DNA of 61,902 nucleotides, the filler included. It is 5 parts of 5 records of this genome, joined end to end, with 100 filler letters (N's around TTAATTAATTAA, not from the genome) between each part and the next. Parts side by side here need not be neighbours in the genome. Positions count along the whole stretch, not along the records: positions 1 to 29,133 come from SRR9188676_1717; 4 more parts are not named here. One strand, 5' to 3'. This document shows, piece by piece, positions 18,122 to 29,101 of the stretch (position 1 is the first letter of the stretch; each line of letters begins with the position of its first letter). A program made the position numbers and the translations under genes. Under the pieces are notes generated by a model, which had not been told where the DNA came from, did not search any database, and saw only the letters and a program-made list of their open reading frames with translations.

Positions 18122-19387
18122 TTAATTAGATTGTTGGAATAATTGATATAGACTTTCTTTTTCTTCTACTTCTAAATCAATAATTCCTTCTAACGTTTCT
18201 AAGATATGTTTACGTTCATCTGAGACCAATAGTAAATTTAAAAATCGTACAAAAAACTTCTTTTGCTCAGTATTAAGCGAAATAAATAACCTTGGTTGTA
18301 CTTCATAAAGATTTATCAATGTTTCCTCAAGTTGAGATTTCTCAAAATCACTTTTGTATGCTGGAAATATTCCATCTTGATTGTACTTCTCAATTAGTTT
18401 TGTTGAGGTTTTACGAAGAATATCTTTCCTTTTTTTATGAAGAAACTCACTTAACAGATTATGAAGATATTTATATTCAGACAAGTATTTCGCTTTACTA
18501 AAAAGGTTTGTTTGTTGATTATTTGCTTGAGATTGGAAATCAAAGTCGTTAAAAAAGCTACTTGAAATATATACACTATGGTAAAACTCATCACCTTTAT
18601 TATTAAGTGTAGTGTAATCTTTATACACTTCTTCATGGTTTGCATTGAGATAATAAAATCTTGATAGTTCTTTGTGTGGTTTATTAGTCCATTGATAGTA
18701 TTTACATTGAAAACTTGTATTGCTTTCTTCATAAGTAAGCATAAAAGTCTCAGAGTCTTCTATAAATGATTGATAGTTCAAAGGAGTACCATTGATAATA
18801 ATTGTATAGCCTTTCGCTTTATTTAACTCTAAAAACCAACAAAACTCACTAATTAGGAAGGTAATAACATCTTTTTCCAGTTCTTCTTTACCAATAGTTA
18901 CGTTATGAAAAATAACGCTAGTCCCTGTTTTATCATTTTCGCTTTTAATTAAAGCAGAAGCATTATACTTGTTGATATTTTCGGTATTAATTGTAATGTC
19001 TCCTTCCAATAATAGACCGTTTTTCTGGAAAGTAGTATGCCACTTTGCGATTTGAGCAAAAGTGAAAAAGGTTAATCTTCCTACACCATTTTTTCCGTGT
19101 ATTGTAGAAATATGTTTATCATCTCTTGAACTAACTTCTATGGCTTTTTCAGATGAATAAAATAAATTGAATTTGGTGTCTAATTGTTCAAAGTTAATTC
19201 CATAGCCATTATCTGTTACTTCAATTGTTTCAACTGTACCCAGTTCATTAATTTTAAAATTCAAGTGAACAGTATCTGCTTTTGCATCAAAGCCATTCCA
19301 GATAAATTCAGCAATAGCAAGTTTTGAATCATAATTTTTAAGTACTTTTTTTATACCACTAGGAGTAATGTTAACATTATTTGACAT
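18122..19387 (-). CDS. GHKL (HATPase_c/MORC-like) ATPase
   Basis: AIAEFIWNGFDA, DNGYGI, GKNGVGR, TGTSV Bergerat-fold motifs. Confidence 0.9.
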   Translation of the reverse strand: MSNNVNITPSGIKKVLKNYDSKLAIAEFIWNGFDAKADTVHLNFKINELGTVETIEVTDNGYGINFEQLDTKFNLFYSSEKAIEVSSRDDKHISTIHGKNGVGRLTFFTFAQIAKWHTTFQKNGLLLEGDITINTENINKYNASALIKSENDKTGTSVIFHNVTIGKEELEKDVITFLISEFCWFLELNKAKGYTIIINGTPLNYQSFIEDSETFMLTYEESNTSFQCKYYQWTNKPHKELSRFYYLNANHEEVYKDYTTLNNKGDEFYHSVYISSSFFNDFDFQSQANNQQTNLFSKAKYLSEYKYLHNLLSEFLHKKRKDILRKTSTKLIEKYNQDGIFPAYKSDFEKSQLEETLINLYEVQPRLFISLNTEQKKFFVRFLNLLLVSDERKHILETLEGIIDLEVEEKESLYQLFQQSN

Positions 19388-19653
19388 AGTCTTACTTAGG
19401 TTAAAATTTATAAAATGTTTGATTGAACCAGAACAAAATTATTACTTAAATGTTGAATTACATTGGTTTGGGCTATATGCTGAAATAAAGAATTACTCAG
19501 AGCAGCGCTAATGTTTATACCAAATTCTCTTTCGTTGATGGCTTTATTTATCATGAAAGGTTTCTTCTGTATGCTTATTATTTTTACAATTAGTGAATAT
19601 TTAAGCGGGGTAAAAAATTATACTTTGAATGTATTGCTCTTAAAAGTAATTGT

Positions 19654-22473
19654 TTACGCTGCCAATACTTCGTTTAATTCATTAATAATCAACTCATAAT
19701 CATTTTGAAATAATTGGTAAAACTTACCTAAACCACCATTTCTATTGAAAGGGTCGAGGTCGAAATCATCTTTATCAATATGAAAACTATTGCTTACATA
19801 GTCTTTTATCATGCGTAGCCAAGTCATTTGTTCTTCATTAAACTTGGTAGCACCAGCTTGTTTTTTAAATACCCAATCCTGAAAATTCTTATCTACAATT
19901 TTATCAAAGGCAGTCAGCGTACTATCAACGCCTGTTACTTTACGAATCAAGGCAACAATAGCAGTAAGTTCGTTTTTGGCAGAGCCGTTGCATTGCCCCA
20001 AAGCTTCATAAGCTTGCCACAAGTGAATAGGAGTGAGGGCAGGCTTTTCGTTTTGGAGTTTCTCTAAAACTTCCTTAATCATACTGTAAGTCAATTCCCG
20101 ACGACGATAAGGCTGGCTATAAAAAATCTGTAAAGCTGTTAGTTCGTCTTTATTGGCAATAATCCAAGCCTCAAAATCTTCGATTAGTTCCTTTGCTTTT
20201 TCTTGGCTATCTTTTGCCCAACCTACATTCAAAACCTCATCAGGATTCGATAAATCAATTTTTTGTTCATGGGCTTTTCTTACGTTTTCGATATATTCGT
20301 TTAATTCACCCGTAAAAACTTTAGCAGCATCATTCAAGATGATTGTATGCTGGGTTACAATAGCCTCTTCAATTGCTTCGGGGCTTTCGCCTATCATCTT
20401 CACCGTAATTTTCTCTCTCAAATCTTCTAATACATCAGGATTATGAGCGTTCAATAAGCCTCTTACAACCTCTGAAATGTTTTTTCCTCCAGTTTTCTCA
20501 GCGAATTTAGCTTTTTCTTTTTCGGTTAATTGCTTATCCAAGCGAGCCAATCTACTTGCCAAAGAACTGAATAGCTCTTCATCTCTTGCACCGACTGCAA
20601 CAGCTTGGAGTAAATCTTTCAAAGGAACGCCGGGCTTTTTCTCTAAAGGTCGGCTATCTGTTTTTAGGCTTTTAGTTACACCGATGGCATCCACAATCAC
20701 AAAATGGTCTTTAGAGAATTTAGCCGTTTTAGATACCTTTTGTAAAGCATCCAGCGAAATAATTCTTGTGCCTCTACCTTTCATTTGCTCGAAATAGTTT
20801 CTACTTTTTACATCTCGCATAAAAAGTAAGCATTCAAGCGGTTTTACGTCTGTACCTGTCGCAATCATATCTACAGTTACGGCAATTCGTGGATAATAGT
20901 CATTTCTGAAATTCGCCAAAGTACTTTTAGGAGCTTCGCCTTTTTCTATGATTTTTCCATCCTCATCCTTTCTGTCTTTATCAGAGCTGTAAGTGATTTT
21001 TTTACAGAATTTGTTTTCTTCGTTAAATTCTTCTCTTACAATCTGGATAATATCGTCGGCATGGCTATCAGTCTTAGCAAAAATGAGTGTTTTGGGTACT
21101 TCAAAACAAGCATTTTCATCGAATCTATCAGGAAAAATAAAAGGTAAATGTTCTTTAAAAGCCCTAATAATCGTTCTGATTTGAAGCGGGTTCACTACTT
21201 CTTTATCTAATTGTTTAGAAGAATAGAGTTCGTCTTCATCTTGCAATTCCATTCTTTTTTTACGGCTGAGGCGTTCACGGTGTTCAACATATTCACCTTT
21301 CCACAGTACAGCACCTTTTTGGCTTATTTTAGTCTCTATGATAAAGACATCAAAACCAACATTTACACCATCAGCTACTGCCATTTCATGCGAATATTCG
21401 CTTACAATATTTTGGTCGAAATAGCCAATGGTACGTTTATCAGGCGTAGCAGTAAGTCCAATTTCAAAAGCATCATAATAATTCAACACTTGACTCCATA
21501 GATTGTAAATACTTCTGTGACATTCATCAATAACGATAAAGTCAAAGAAGTCAATTGGCATTTTGTCATTGTATTCAACAGTCGGAATGGTTTTGGGTTG
21601 ATAGGACTTTTCGTTAGGGTTTTCTTCCTCGGCACTATCATCTAATTCAGAGCCTTTCAGTACCGCATACAAACGTTGAATCGTACTAATACACACCTGA
21701 CTATCCGTGGCTATGTAGCTGGATTTTAAACGTTGTACATTGTATAATTCCGTAAATTTTCTGTTATCGTCATTAGGCACAAAAGTCATAAACTCCTGTT
21801 CGGCTTGTTCGCCTAAGTTTCTGGTATCTACCAAAAATAAAACACGTTTTGCTTTGGCATATTTAAGTAAACGATAAATAAAAGTAATAGCCGTAAAAGT
21901 CTTGCCCGACCCTGTAGCCATTTGGATAAGAGCCTTAGGTTTATTTTGTTTAAAAGACAGCTCCAATTTATTAATAGCATTGATTTGGCAATCTCTTAGC
22001 CCATCAATGGGCAAGCTGGGTAAATCAAGTAATCTTTTTCTCAGTGATTTCCCTTTCTTGAGCCAATCCCTCAAAGTTTCAGGTTTATGAAAATGAAATA
22101 TTTCTCTTGTTCTTGGCTTTGGGTCGGTAAAGTCAGTAAAGCGAGTAATTTCTCCTGTACTTATATAGACATACGGAAGTGGAGTATTATTGAGGTGTTT
22201 AAGTTTAGCGTTGGCATATCCTACACTTTGGTCTTCGTGTACATTCAATTTATGTCCTTCCTCTTCTCTCTTAGCTTCAATAACACCACAAGGTTTGCCA
22301 TCTACAAAAAGCACATAGTCGGCAGGGCCAACATCTGTTAAATACTCTTTCACAGCAACTCCAACTCCAGCATTGAGATTGATACGTTTGATATGTTGAA
22401 TAATCCATCCACAAGAAATTAATTGCTTGTCGATGGTATCTCGTGCTATTTGTTCAGGATTTTGGTTGGGCAT
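19654..22473 (-). CDS. hsdR: Type I R-M restriction subunit R (EcoEI-like C-terminus)
   Basis: ADYVL...IEAK nuclease motif, ATGSGKT, DECH, LTATP, QMKGRGTR; start taken at MPNQNPEQ. Confidence 0.96.
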   Translation of the reverse strand: MPNQNPEQIARDTIDKQLISCGWIIQHIKRINLNAGVGVAVKEYLTDVGPADYVLFVDGKPCGVIEAKREEEGHKLNVHEDQSVGYANAKLKHLNNTPLPYVYISTGEITRFTDFTDPKPRTREIFHFHKPETLRDWLKKGKSLRKRLLDLPSLPIDGLRDCQINAINKLELSFKQNKPKALIQMATGSGKTFTAITFIYRLLKYAKAKRVLFLVDTRNLGEQAEQEFMTFVPNDDNRKFTELYNVQRLKSSYIATDSQVCISTIQRLYAVLKGSELDDSAEEENPNEKSYQPKTIPTVEYNDKMPIDFFDFIVIDECHRSIYNLWSQVLNYYDAFEIGLTATPDKRTIGYFDQNIVSEYSHEMAVADGVNVGFDVFIIETKISQKGAVLWKGEYVEHRERLSRKKRMELQDEDELYSSKQLDKEVVNPLQIRTIIRAFKEHLPFIFPDRFDENACFEVPKTLIFAKTDSHADDIIQIVREEFNEENKFCKKITYSSDKDRKDEDGKIIEKGEAPKSTLANFRNDYYPRIAVTVDMIATGTDVKPLECLLFMRDVKSRNYFEQMKGRGTRIISLDALQKVSKTAKFSKDHFVIVDAIGVTKSLKTDSRPLEKKPGVPLKDLLQAVAVGARDEELFSSLASRLARLDKQLTEKEKAKFAEKTGGKNISEVVRGLLNAHNPDVLEDLREKITVKMIGESPEAIEEAIVTQHTIILNDAAKVFTGELNEYIENVRKAHEQKIDLSNPDEVLNVGWAKDSQEKAKELIEDFEAWIIANKDELTALQIFYSQPYRRRELTYSMIKEVLEKLQNEKPALTPIHLWQAYEALGQCNGSAKNELTAIVALIRKVTGVDSTLTAFDKIVDKNFQDWVFKKQAGATKFNEEQMTWLRMIKDYVSNSFHIDKDDFDLDPFNRNGGLGKFYQLFQNDYELIINELNEVLAA

Positions 22474-22791
22474 AGTTAAGCAAAACAATTGTTTGAGGTA
22501 AAATTTACTTGCTATTTAGTAGGTTTGGAGAGGAACAACAAATGTAGCATAAATGCGTAGAACCGCCTTATCATCCTATTGATGTAACAACCTAAATATA
22601 CTTTAGACAAATATATTAACATTTGTTGAGTAGGACAATTGGGCTTGATGATAATTGTTGAAGAAAAAAGAATAGTTAGGACAAAGCGAAAGGGATATAC
22701 TTCAGATAATGAGTTGTTTTATAAAATAACTGTTACTTTGCAAATAAATAATCACCTTGTGATTCAACAATATTAAATACAGACACTTACG

Positions 22792-25700
22792 ATGAAATGG
22801 ATTGATTCAACAGATATACGCAATTGGGCCAATAGAAGAGATTGCCAAGAATTGTTGCCTTTACTTGTTAGAAAATTGATTAGAGCTACCTCCAATACAA
22901 TTCAAAATATCAAATTCCCAGCAGGAGATAGTATTTCATTTGGTGGATGGGATGGAATTCTTGAGGTAAAAGAAAGCACAGATTTTTTGCCTGATGGAAT
23001 TTCACTTTGGGAATTTGGTACCTCAAAAAATCCTAAAGGAAAAGCTGACGATGATTATTTAAAAAGGACAACAAATCCATTAGAGTATTCTCCTTCTGAA
23101 TCAACTTTTATTTTTGTAACACCACGTCTTTGGCAAAATGAAAAAGATTGGATTGAAGAAAAAAGAAAAGAAGGTATTTGGAAAGATATTAAAGTTATAA
23201 ATGCTGAATTACTGGAAGAGTGGATTGAACTTGCTCCGACAGTTGGAGCTTGGTTAGCAAAACATTTAGGAAAATATCCATCTGTAGGTATTCAGCCGAC
23301 TGATGATTTTTGGGAAGAATGGACTTCTGGCCCTAATTTCAAATTAACACCAGAAGTATTATTGGGAGGGAGAAAAGCTGAACAACAAAAACTCATATTA
23401 GGACTTTACAGTTCCTCTGTCATTGGAGTTCAGGGATCCTCACGAGAAGAAGCTTTGGCTTTTATTATTTCTTGTGTAAAAAATAACCAAGAAACAGAAG
23501 AAGATTTTTTCTCACGAAGTATAATAGTTGATAGCATAGAAGTTTTCAGAGAGTTAGCATTGCATGATAATTCATTAATTCTAATTCCCAGATTTGAAGA
23601 CCATGCAGTTGCAAACCGAGCAGTAGAGAAAGGACACATTGTTATATTTCCATTAGGCGCAGATGCTACTAATTGGCCTAACAAAATTGTGCTTCCAAAT
23701 ATTGATAGAGATTGTTTTATTGAAGCGTTTACTCAGATAGGCATAAGTAAAATAATGGCTGATAGGCTTTCAAAAGAAACAGCCCGTAATATCACAATAG
23801 TTAGGCGTCAACTCGAATTTGAAAGAATAAAACCTATTTGGGCTAAACAGGAAAATGTCGCTGATATCATTCCTATATTAATTGTTGGAAGATGGGATGA
23901 AAACATAAAAAGCGACACTGAAATCATCGCAAGCATCGCAGGAGATAGTTACTCAAACTATATTAAACGACTTAGTAAATGGTTAAATACTTCCGATTCT
24001 CCAATTGTAAAAATAGGAAATAAATGGAGGCTTTCTTCTCCTCTTGATGCTTGGAGCAATGCATCCAACTATCTAACTTCGAAAGACTTTGAATTGCTTG
24101 CAAATTCGTTTAAACTTATTTTAACAGAAGTAAACCCAGCATTAGAGCTTTCTCCTGAAGTTAGATATATGGCATCTATTTATGGAAAAAAAAGAAAATA
24201 TTCATCTTGGATACGAGAAGGAATTCTTCAATCATTAATACTTGTGTCAACGTTTGGAGAAAGATTACAATTTCATTTACCTACAAAAGCCGATTTATGG
24301 ATTGATGGATTAATAGCTGAATTATTGAATTCAGATAGTATTGACTTGTGGAAATCATTAGATGATAAACTCCCATTAATCGCAGAAGCTTCTCCTTTTT
24401 CTTTTCTGGAAGCGTTAGACAAACATTTAGTCAAACTAGATAATTCGATGCTTGGTTTATTTGAAGAGGAACCAAATTTTATTTTTTCAAGAAGTTATCA
24501 TATTGGCTTACTTTGGGCTTTAGAAAGTTTGGCATGGTTTCCTCAATACCTATCAAGAACTTCACTTATACTAGCTAAACTCTCCGTTATAGACCCAGGT
24601 GGCAATGTAATAAATAGACCTATCAACAGCCTGAAAGAAATTTTCAAATCTTGGCATTATCAAACATTTGCTTCTTTTGATGAAAGAATGCAAGTCTTAA
24701 ATCTAATTTGTAAAAATCAACCAGAAATAGGATGGGAACTTTTGCTAAGTATGCTACCCAAATCGATTGGAGATACAGCAATTACTACTCATAAAACAAG
24801 ATGGAAAAGTTTTGAACAAGTGGAAATAACTTATACACGGGATGTAATGTTTAGGACTCATTCAGAAGTGATAGATATACTGATTAATATTTTTGATAAT
24901 TCAGAGACTAAATTAACAACACTTATTGAAAAATCAGTTAACCTTTCAACAAATGATATGGACAGGCTTTTAACATTTATAGAAGCTAATTTAACCAATG
25001 TAAAGCAATATGAGTTTACAGCATGGCATGAAGTCCGTAGCATTATTGAAGATCATAGTTCTCATCCTGAAAGTGATTGGGTATTATCAGAAAAAGAGTT
25101 AGATAGGTTTCAAAGACTTTATAAACGACTTCAACCAGTTAATGAAATTGAACGTGTTGCTTGGATGTTTGATAATTCTCAATTCAGTTTTCCCAAAGGA
25201 TTGGATTATAAGAATACATCACACCGAGACCGAATGCAATATGTTCTTACAAAAAGAATAGAAATATTATCTGATATATATCAAAATAATGGCATAGAAA
25301 AAGTAATAGAGATCAAAGGTATTATTAAAGAAACTCAAACCTTAGGAGATGTTTTAGCTTATATTGTAAATGATGATAAAGAAATAATTCATCTCTGTGA
25401 ATTCCTTAATAGCGAAAGTTCAGATTTAGACTTTATCCAACATTTTTTACTTAGAAAATCTTTCTTAAATGATTTTGTGTGGATACAGAGGTTATATGAA
25501 AAATTAAGCATTCTAGATTTCAAAAATTCGTCATTAGCAAAGCTGCTTATTCCTATAAAGCAAACTAAGCAACTTTGGGATTTTATAGATTCTCAAGAAG
25601 ATAAAATTGTTCATGAATACTGGAAGAATATGAATCCTAATTTTTACTCACTAAATATAGATGAAAAAGTATTTGGACTTAAAAGGTTAATTATTAGTGA

Positions 25701-26565
25701 AAGGATTTTAAGTGCTGGTGTTGTTAGTTCTATTTTTATAGAAGAAATACCAAGCGAAATACTTGTTGAGATTTTGAAAAAAATGCCCAAAAAAGGAGTT
25801 AAAGAAAAAGGCTATATTGGCTCTCATGATTTATCTCAACTTTTTGAGGAGATTGATTCAAGAAATGATATTGATCTTAATGAAATTGCACAGCTTGAAT
25901 GGTTATATTTTCCTCTTTTAAACTCAAAGAGCATTAACTATAAACCCAAACAATTATATCAATCTTTAGCTTCTAATCCTGAGTTTTTCATAGGAATTTT
26001 TAAATGGATTTATTTACCAGATGATACTTCTAAGTTAGAAGAACTACGTGCAGATTTAACCAATGAACAAGTTAGTGATAGAGCAGCACAAGCTTTTATG
26101 CTTTTACGATCATGGGAAAATATTCCAGGAGTTGATGATTTTGGAAATATTGATTTTGTATTTTTAAAAGGTTGGATAGAAAAGGTTAGAGAACTAGCTG
26201 TTGAATATGGTAGGTTAAAAGCTGCAGATTCATTAATAGGAGGCATTCTGGCTCAATATCCAGAAAATAAGGACAAAGTGTGGCCTCCAGATGAAATATG
26301 TAATTTAATTGAAATGATAAAATCTGAGAATTTAGATAATGGTTTCTCAGCTGGAGTGCATAATAAAGCAGGAGCTTCTTTCAGAGGAGTTTTTGATGGT
26401 GGGACTGTTGAAAGAGCACGAGCAACCTATTTTTATTCGCTAGCAGTCATTCACAGAAATAAATTTCCAAGAATAACTGCAATTTTTGAAAGATGTGCAA
26501 AAGGGTATGAAAATTCTGCTAAAAGTGAAGATGAAAAAGCTGAACAGGATAAATTAGAATATTAG
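22792..26565 (+). CDS. Large protein with N-terminal restriction-endonuclease-like domain and long helical C-terminus; probable defence protein
   Basis: 1257 aa; GWDG...WEFG...KA..DY..R resembles a PD-(D/E)xK-type fold; no canonical Walker A found; the ORF is clear, the function is inferred. Confidence 0.55.
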   Translation: MKWIDSTDIRNWANRRDCQELLPLLVRKLIRATSNTIQNIKFPAGDSISFGGWDGILEVKESTDFLPDGISLWEFGTSKNPKGKADDDYLKRTTNPLEYSPSESTFIFVTPRLWQNEKDWIEEKRKEGIWKDIKVINAELLEEWIELAPTVGAWLAKHLGKYPSVGIQPTDDFWEEWTSGPNFKLTPEVLLGGRKAEQQKLILGLYSSSVIGVQGSSREEALAFIISCVKNNQETEEDFFSRSIIVDSIEVFRELALHDNSLILIPRFEDHAVANRAVEKGHIVIFPLGADATNWPNKIVLPNIDRDCFIEAFTQIGISKIMADRLSKETARNITIVRRQLEFERIKPIWAKQENVADIIPILIVGRWDENIKSDTEIIASIAGDSYSNYIKRLSKWLNTSDSPIVKIGNKWRLSSPLDAWSNASNYLTSKDFELLANSFKLILTEVNPALELSPEVRYMASIYGKKRKYSSWIREGILQSLILVSTFGERLQFHLPTKADLWIDGLIAELLNSDSIDLWKSLDDKLPLIAEASPFSFLEALDKHLVKLDNSMLGLFEEEPNFIFSRSYHIGLLWALESLAWFPQYLSRTSLILAKLSVIDPGGNVINRPINSLKEIFKSWHYQTFASFDERMQVLNLICKNQPEIGWELLLSMLPKSIGDTAITTHKTRWKSFEQVEITYTRDVMFRTHSEVIDILINIFDNSETKLTTLIEKSVNLSTNDMDRLLTFIEANLTNVKQYEFTAWHEVRSIIEDHSSHPESDWVLSEKELDRFQRLYKRLQPVNEIERVAWMFDNSQFSFPKGLDYKNTSHRDRMQYVLTKRIEILSDIYQNNGIEKVIEIKGIIKETQTLGDVLAYIVNDDKEIIHLCEFLNSESSDLDFIQHFLLRKSFLNDFVWIQRLYEKLSILDFKNSSLAKLLIPIKQTKQLWDFIDSQEDKIVHEYWKNMNPNFYSLNIDEKVFGLKRLIISERILSAGVVSSIFIEEIPSEILVEILKKMPKKGVKEKGYIGSHDLSQLFEEIDSRNDIDLNEIAQLEWLYFPLLNSKSINYKPKQLYQSLASNPEFFIGIFKWIYLPDDTSKLEELRADLTNEQVSDRAAQAFMLLRSWENIPGVDDFGNIDFVFLKGWIEKVRELAVEYGRLKAADSLIGGILAQYPENKDKVWPPDEICNLIEMIKSENLDNGFSAGVHNKAGASFRGVFDGGTVERARATYFYSLAVIHRNKFPRITAIFERCAKGYENSAKSEDEKAEQDKLEY

Positions 26566-26844
26566 CTTTACTAGAAAACTTTATTAACTGCCTAAAATAG
26601 TGTTGGGTACAATTAGACGGATTCGCAAATATTATTTTCATTAGTTCATAAAGCACAAATTTGGGCAGATAAATTTATTCAAATTGTTACAAATTATCAA
26701 AATCACTCTATTATTCAGATAAAATCTCAGACGTATGAACACTGTTTATATTATAATAGTATAATAGGCTCTTCATTTCTTTGATTAAAGTTTTTTGTCA
26801 AAATATGTTTTCATCATTTTAAAAATGTCTTAACCCCTACAAAT

Positions 26845-28773
26845 ATGAAGGAGGACCTACTACCAGAATTTATTGATTGTGGAGAGAAAGTTGTTGAAGC
26901 CTTGTACAAAGACCTCAATGGAAGAAAACTTAATATTTCAAATATCATTGACGACGAGGGAAATCAATATATCAATTTAGTCCAACAAGGCGGTGGTGTG
27001 CTTGGAATTGCCTTACTTGGTTATACTTATGTGCTTGAACGCATGGGAATTCGTTTTCTAAAACTCGCAGGTACAAGTGCTGGAGCAATAAACACAATGT
27101 TACTGGCGGTAGTAAGACCCAAAAATACAGAAATACTAAAAACACCTATCATTTTAAGTTATTTGAGTAAAAAAGACCTCTTTGATTTTGTTGATGGAAC
27201 ACCCATTGCCAGATGGATTACCAGAAATATCATCGTTTATAAAGATTATATTCTACGAACAACAAATTCCATCAAAATGATATTTATTTTGAGTCTTTTG
27301 TTGATTTCTTTTAGCACCTTACTGCTTTGGCAAAACTCACTCGGGCTACTTTCCTTGAATATCTGGATATTGATTGCCTATGCTGTCGGCTTGGTAATAT
27401 TCAGAAGAGGGTCTGTAAGTGATGGTACCATCAAAGATTTTTTGACAAGCTTCGATGCCCAAAAATACTTTTTGGGAGCAATCGCTTTCGTTATTTTTTG
27501 TTGGTGGTTAATAACCAAAGTCCCAACCGAGACACAATATTATTTTGAATCATTCATTATAATCATACCTATGATTTATGCGTTTATGATGATGACAAGC
27601 AATAAATATTTGAAGTTTTTTCAGGTAACTATAGGCGGAATATTACTTATTGTGTTGCTATTGCAAGTATCTAATCGCTTTTATACTAACAATGTAGAAA
27701 TACAACTAGATGGATTGTTTAAATCGTTTTCTACAAGTAAAACTAAGCAAATTCCACCCTTTTTGTTTATTTCGGTAGCTGGCACTTCATTGTTTATTTT
27801 CTTCATACTACTTGTGGTACTCATTGCTTCTTTTCTGTTGCGGCGTTTTGTCGAATCCCACTATGGTATCAATAAAGGTGATGAATTTTTAAATTGGGTT
27901 AAAGAAATAAACAAAAATGGGAAAATTGACCGCTTAGAAATTCCAATAGCCAATAACAGAATTATGATTATAGAAAACGAAGTGAATGGCATAGAAACTT
28001 TAAGAGATTTTGAAAATAAATTAAATGAAATACCAAGGCTAAAACGCAAGGATACCAAAGAACCTTTAGACGAAAAAACGCTTGATAACATTGCACGAAA
28101 TTCAAAGTTGAGACCGAGCGTATCTTTCATCACTTCTGAAATAATTACACAGAATAAAATAGAATTTCCTAAAATGTGGGATTTGTTTTATGATACTAAA
28201 GACAACGTAAATCCAGCTGAGTTTGTACGAGCATCTATGTCAATCCCGATTTTTTTTGAAGCCTTCAAAATTAAAAATTTACCAAAAAAACGTGATGAAC
28301 AGTGGATTTTATATCTAAAATATCGAGACAGTACGCCCGATAATGCCGTTTTTTGTGATGGTGGACTACTTTCTAATTTCCCGATAAATATTTTCTTCGA
28401 ACAAGGTCAAGAAATTTTATTACCAACCTTTGGCGTAAAACTAGATGATTCGAGTAACCTACTACCATCAGATTTCGATTCGTTCGGAAGTTATGCTTGG
28501 TCAATGCTCAATACAACAAGGTATTATTATGACAAAGATTTTTTGATAAAACACCCACATTTTGAAGAATGTATTGCTTCAATTGATGTACGAGAATTTA
28601 ATTGGCTAAATTTCAATTTGGAAGACGAAGAAAAATTAAAAATGTTTAAAAAGGGAGCAGAAGCAGCTGCAGAATTTTTGAAAAAATATGATTGGACGAC
28701 TTACAAATCATTGGTGGACGACTACAAAAAAGGGGAAATTATAGAAAAAACTTTTAAATCAATGGGAGAATAG
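26845..28773 (+). CDS. Patatin-like phospholipase with internal transmembrane insertion
   Basis: QGGGVLG, GTSAG, RASMSIPIFF, DGGLLSNFP; hydrophobic block at about aa 140-335. Confidence 0.9.
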   Translation: MKEDLLPEFIDCGEKVVEALYKDLNGRKLNISNIIDDEGNQYINLVQQGGGVLGIALLGYTYVLERMGIRFLKLAGTSAGAINTMLLAVVRPKNTEILKTPIILSYLSKKDLFDFVDGTPIARWITRNIIVYKDYILRTTNSIKMIFILSLLLISFSTLLLWQNSLGLLSLNIWILIAYAVGLVIFRRGSVSDGTIKDFLTSFDAQKYFLGAIAFVIFCWWLITKVPTETQYYFESFIIIIPMIYAFMMMTSNKYLKFFQVTIGGILLIVLLLQVSNRFYTNNVEIQLDGLFKSFSTSKTKQIPPFLFISVAGTSLFIFFILLVVLIASFLLRRFVESHYGINKGDEFLNWVKEINKNGKIDRLEIPIANNRIMIIENEVNGIETLRDFENKLNEIPRLKRKDTKEPLDEKTLDNIARNSKLRPSVSFITSEIITQNKIEFPKMWDLFYDTKDNVNPAEFVRASMSIPIFFEAFKIKNLPKKRDEQWILYLKYRDSTPDNAVFCDGGLLSNFPINIFFEQGQEILLPTFGVKLDDSSNLLPSDFDSFGSYAWSMLNTTRYYYDKDFLIKHPHFEECIASIDVREFNWLNFNLEDEEKLKMFKKGAEAAAEFLKKYDWTTYKSLVDDYKKGEIIEKTFKSMGE

Positions 28774-29101
28774 TATAAAAATTAAAGCTTCAAAGCTAAT
28801 TAAATTATTTTCTGAGTTTTTTAATTTATTACCAAAAGTATATTAACCAACTACATTTATTGATGTAGCCTTAATTACTCACTTTTTTATCCAATTATCA
28901 GTATTTCATTGAGTGAGTATGGATAAATAATAAACATCTTTTTCCAGGTACAGGTTGAGGCCTGACACATACAACTCAATAACTATCTACAGGTTTTCGA
29001 TAAAATGAGTGCATGAAAAAGTAATAACTTACTTAAAACCTTCCGTTTATCTTGAGATGAATGTTTTGTTAAATATATAGGATATAAATTATGCTATTTT
29101 T

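Noticed and set aside
26588-26750. Possible further attC-like site after the 1257-aa gene
   Set aside because: Only a 6-bp AGTGTT/AACACT pairing and no intact TAAC/GTTA cores
26845-28773. CBASS system based on the patatin
   Set aside because: No CD-NTase or Cap2/Cap3 genes nearby
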